DNA from: a virus
Taxonomy: Duplodnaviria > Caudoviricetes
Direction: 5' to 3' (one strand)
DNA: 27,033 nucleotides
Virus record (IMG/VR): IMGVR_UViG_3300032295_001128
Location: 1-27,033 of that record
The notes beneath the pieces are model-generated. The model saw only the letters and a program-made list of their open reading frames with translations, was not told the DNA's origin and did no database searches. The position numbers and the translations under genes are program-made. Within the stretch, counting starts at the first letter, position 1, and each line of letters begins with the position of its first letter. Positions 24,485-27,033 of this stretch are shown here, one piece after another.

Positions 24485-24507
24485 CCACTAACTCAACTAC
24501 GTCCTTG

Positions 24508-24537
24508 TTGCACACTTTCCCCAAGTTCCGGTACACT
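24508..24537 (+). promoter_or_regulatory. Putative promoter for the terminase operon
   Basis: TTGCAC-N18-TACACT ending 10 nt before ATG 24548, which has no SD (near-leaderless). Confidence 0.5.
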
Positions 24538-24547
24538 GTTACCTACT

Positions 24548-25111
24548 ATGGAACAAGCATTCGCTCCATCCGTAGGCACGGTTGTCACCGGTGAAAGTGC
24601 ACTCCCAAACTGGCTGTCGTGCCCGGACCCGCCAACACCTCGCCCCACGAAGGCTGCGAGAGAGTTGTTGCACATCGAATACGAGCAGATATTCGAGCGG
24701 GTGATCGAGGACATCTACCGGGGTCGATCCCTGCAGTCGCTCATCGAGGGTGATCCAAGGGTCATCTCGTATGAGGACTTTCTGCGCTGGGTCAAGCGTG
24801 ACCCGCAGCGCCATGAGCGGTTCAAGGAAGCGCAGGAGATGCGCACGGAGTTCTTGGCCGGGGAGATCCTTGAGATTGCCGATGGCGTCGAGTCGGTTGA
24901 CCCCACCTCGAACGACACGGTGAACCGGGACAAGTTGCGCATCGACACGCGCAAGTGGCTCATGGGAGCGCACAACAAGAAGCGCTACGGTGAGACCAAG
25001 CAAATTGAACTCGGCGGCACGATCTCGATCACTGAAGCGCTGGCGCAGGCCCAGGCCCGGGTAATCGAGGGTGAGGTCATCGACGTAACCCCTCGACTGG
25101 AGAACAACTGA
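24548..25111 (+). CDS. terS: Terminase small subunit (Sf6 gp1-like)
   Basis: GRSLQSLI HTH, EILEIAD, VNRDKLRIDTRKWLM..KRYG; immediately upstream of terL. Confidence 0.8.
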   Translation: MEQAFAPSVGTVVTGESALPNWLSCPDPPTPRPTKAARELLHIEYEQIFERVIEDIYRGRSLQSLIEGDPRVISYEDFLRWVKRDPQRHERFKEAQEMRTEFLAGEILEIADGVESVDPTSNDTVNRDKLRIDTRKWLMGAHNKKRYGETKQIELGGTISITEALAQAQARVIEGEVIDVTPRLENN

Positions 25112-26652
25112 TGCAGAAGATGCGCTACTCGCCGGAGGAGGAGCAGCTTCTGATGTCGCAGCTTTGGAGTCCGTCCATTAAGGACGATCCGGAGACGTTC
25201 GTGCTGTTCGCGTTCCCGTGGGGGCAGAAGAACACACCTCTCGAACACTTCAAGGGGCCACGGGCGTGGCAGCGCAGGACGCTGCGCAGGATACGGGACT
25301 TCATCAAGGAGAACCGGGGGCGACTAACTCAGCAGGAGTTGATCGAGGCGCTGCGCAGGGCCGTGTCGTCGGGCCGGGGCGTGGGGAAGTCAGCACTGGT
25401 CTCGTGGCTGATCCTGTGGATGCTGAGCACGCGCATCGGATCGTCTGTGATCGTGAGCGCTAACTCGGAGAACCAGTTGCGCAAGGTCACCTGGGGCGAG
25501 TTGACCAAGTGGGTCACGATGGCCATCAACGCCCACTGGTGGGAGCCGACAGCTACCAGCCTAAACCCCGCTGCGTGGCTGACTGAACTCGTCGAGCGGG
25601 ATCTGAAGAAGGGCACCCGGTACTGGGGCGCTGAGGGGAAGCTGTGGAGCGAGGAGAACCCTGACGCCTATGCCGGTGTGCACAACATGGACGGCATGAT
25701 GGTGATCTTCGACGAGGCCAGCGGCATTCCGGACTCGATCTGGAGCGTGGCGGCGGGCTTCTTCACGGAGAACATCCTCGACCGGTACTGGTTCGCGTTC
25801 TCCAACGGACGGCGCAACACCGGGTACTTCTACGAGTCGGTGGACGGCAACAAGCGGGACTTTTGGGAGAGCGAGAAGATCGACGCCCGTACAGTCGAGG
25901 GCACCGACAAGAGCATCTACCAGCAGATCATCGAGGAGTACGGCGAGGACTCCGACGAGGCCCGGGTTGAGGTCTACGGTGACTTCCCCAAGAGCGGCCA
26001 GGACCAGTTCATCGCGCCGCATCTGGTGGACGACGCCATGAAGCGGGAGCAGTGGAAAGACATGACCGCGCCAGTCGTCATCGGCGTGGACCCGGCCCGG
26101 GGCGGCATGGACAGCACCGTGATCGTCGTGCGCCGTGGACGCGACATCGTGTCAATCAAGCGGTTCCGAGGCGACGACACCATGACCACAGTCGGACACG
26201 TCATTGACGCCATCGAGGAGTACCGGCCAGCACTGACCGTCATCGACGAGGGTGGCCTGGGCTACGGGATACTTGACAGGTTGACCGAGCAGAAGTACAA
26301 AGTGCGCGGGGTAAACTTCGGCTGGAAGGCCAAGAACCCCGTAATGTGGGGCAACAAACGCGCCGAGATCTGGGGAGCCATGCGCGATTGGCTCAAGTCG
26401 GCCAGTTTGCCGCAGGACAGGCTCCTCAAGGCCGACTTGACCGGTCCGATGAAGAAGCCCAACTCGGCGGGCACCATATTTTTGGAGGGCAAGAAGGAAA
26501 TGAAAGCCCGTGGCCTAGCCTCACCCGACGCCGCTGATGCGATTGCGGTGACGTTCGCATTTCCTGTCGCTCATCGAGAGTATGTTGACCGCCCGCGTAC
26601 CATTACAATGCGCGACAGAGGCCAGATGTCGGCAAGCTGGATGGGGGCGTAA
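25111..26652 (+). CDS. terL: Terminase large subunit
   Basis: Walker A SGRGVGKS, Walker B VIFDEASG, nuclease motifs IGVDPARGG and SPDAADA. Confidence 0.93.
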   Translation: MQKMRYSPEEEQLLMSQLWSPSIKDDPETFVLFAFPWGQKNTPLEHFKGPRAWQRRTLRRIRDFIKENRGRLTQQELIEALRRAVSSGRGVGKSALVSWLILWMLSTRIGSSVIVSANSENQLRKVTWGELTKWVTMAINAHWWEPTATSLNPAAWLTELVERDLKKGTRYWGAEGKLWSEENPDAYAGVHNMDGMMVIFDEASGIPDSIWSVAAGFFTENILDRYWFAFSNGRRNTGYFYESVDGNKRDFWESEKIDARTVEGTDKSIYQQIIEEYGEDSDEARVEVYGDFPKSGQDQFIAPHLVDDAMKREQWKDMTAPVVIGVDPARGGMDSTVIVVRRGRDIVSIKRFRGDDTMTTVGHVIDAIEEYRPALTVIDEGGLGYGILDRLTEQKYKVRGVNFGWKAKNPVMWGNKRAEIWGAMRDWLKSASLPQDRLLKADLTGPMKKPNSAGTIFLEGKKEMKARGLASPDAADAIAVTFAFPVAHREYVDRPRTITMRDRGQMSASWMGA

Positions 26653-26909
26653 TGACCAAGAAATCCGTGTCTTTGAGCGTTGGCCGGGGCGAGAAGCGTC
26701 CTACCAGCCAAGGCGCGGGTTTGACGGCTAAGGGGCGCGAGAAGTACAACCGCGAGACGGGCTCCAACCTCAAGGCCCCGGCCCCCAGCCCCAAAACCGA
26801 GGCCGACAAGGGCCGCAAGGCGAGTTTTTGCGCCCGCATGGGTGCCGTAGCGGCCAAGGCCGAGAACGGCGAACGCGCCAAGGCGGCGCTCAAACGATGG
26901 AAGTGCTGA
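26652..26909 (+). CDS. Small basic phage protein (DUF6321-like)
   Basis: GLTAKGR..YNRETGSNLKAP...RKASFCARM...LKRWKC. Confidence 0.75.
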   Translation: MTKKSVSLSVGRGEKRPTSQGAGLTAKGREKYNRETGSNLKAPAPSPKTEADKGRKASFCARMGAVAAKAENGERAKAALKRWKC

Positions 26910-26911
26910 TC

Positions 26912-26956
26912 ATGGCTACAAAACCCGGTCTCTACGGTAACATCTTAGAATTGTGA
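26912..26956 (+). pseudogene. Truncated start of next phage gene (MATKPGLYGNI...)
   Basis: TGATCATG coupling; frame runs into AT-rich foreign DNA and stops after 14 codons. Confidence 0.55.
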
Positions 26957-27013
26957 TTTCAAATTAATATATTTAATATAATTCTTATTATAGTTTCACC
27001 GCTTAACGTGAGT
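26945..27013. other. AT-rich non-phage segment resembling a ciliate nanochromosome subtelomere
   Basis: Abrupt compositional switch (aaattaatatatttaatataattcttattata) directly adjoining a telomere. Confidence 0.65.
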
Positions 27014-27033
27014 GGGGTTTTGGGGTTTTGGGG
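27014..27033 (+). repeat. Stichotrich-ciliate-type telomere GGGGTTTTGGGGTTTTGGGG
   Basis: Exact G4T4G4T4G4 20-mer at the very end, G-strand running 5'->3' toward the end. Confidence 0.85.

Larger units (their letters stand above)
1..26944. mobile_element. Partial genome of a tailed phage (P22/APSE-like podovirus architecture)
   Basis: Contiguous terminase, tail/ejection, lysis and replication genes with tight stop/start overlaps; no cellular housekeeping genes; portal and capsid not in window. Confidence 0.95.

Noticed and set aside
24353-24547. N-terminal extension of TerS
   Set aside because: Runs through the G-rich non-coding tract; a promoter-like signal points to ATG 24548
1-27033. tRNA, rRNA, integrase/att site or reverse transcriptase
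   Set aside because: None recognisable by eye; not excluded without covariance-model searches

Overview
About 26.9 kb of a GC-rich tailed bacteriophage genome with a P22/APSE-like podovirus virion module. No integrase, portal or major capsid gene is in the window. Order: (+) head-tail adaptor, tail hub, needle-like and three ejection proteins, holin and peptidase-M15 endolysin (1-9096); (-) replication/recombination operon with RHH regulator, DUF2800 nuclease, DUF2815 SSB, family-B DNA polymerase, DUF3310, VRR-NUC and SNF2 helicase (9093-16529); (+) HNH-AP2 endonuclease and Prim-Pol/PriCT-2/DUF3987 primase (16605-19652); (-) a cluster of small early genes (19683-23789); a highly structured ~700-bp non-coding divergence region (23790-24547); (+) terminase subunits and small basic proteins. 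Notable non-coding signals are: (1) a putative antisense RNA plus leader peptide switch in front of the primase, resembling plasmid R1 CopA/tap/repA; (2) nine copies of an 11-bp palindrome, a 23-bp inverted repeat and G4 motifs in the divergence region; (3) repeated GTAACC-containing start-associated leaders; (4) an abrupt switch, inside a phage gene, to AT-rich DNA ending in a 20-nt stichotrich-ciliate telomere (G4T4G4T4G4), most likely a chimera. All family assignments come from motif recognition by eye, not from database searches.
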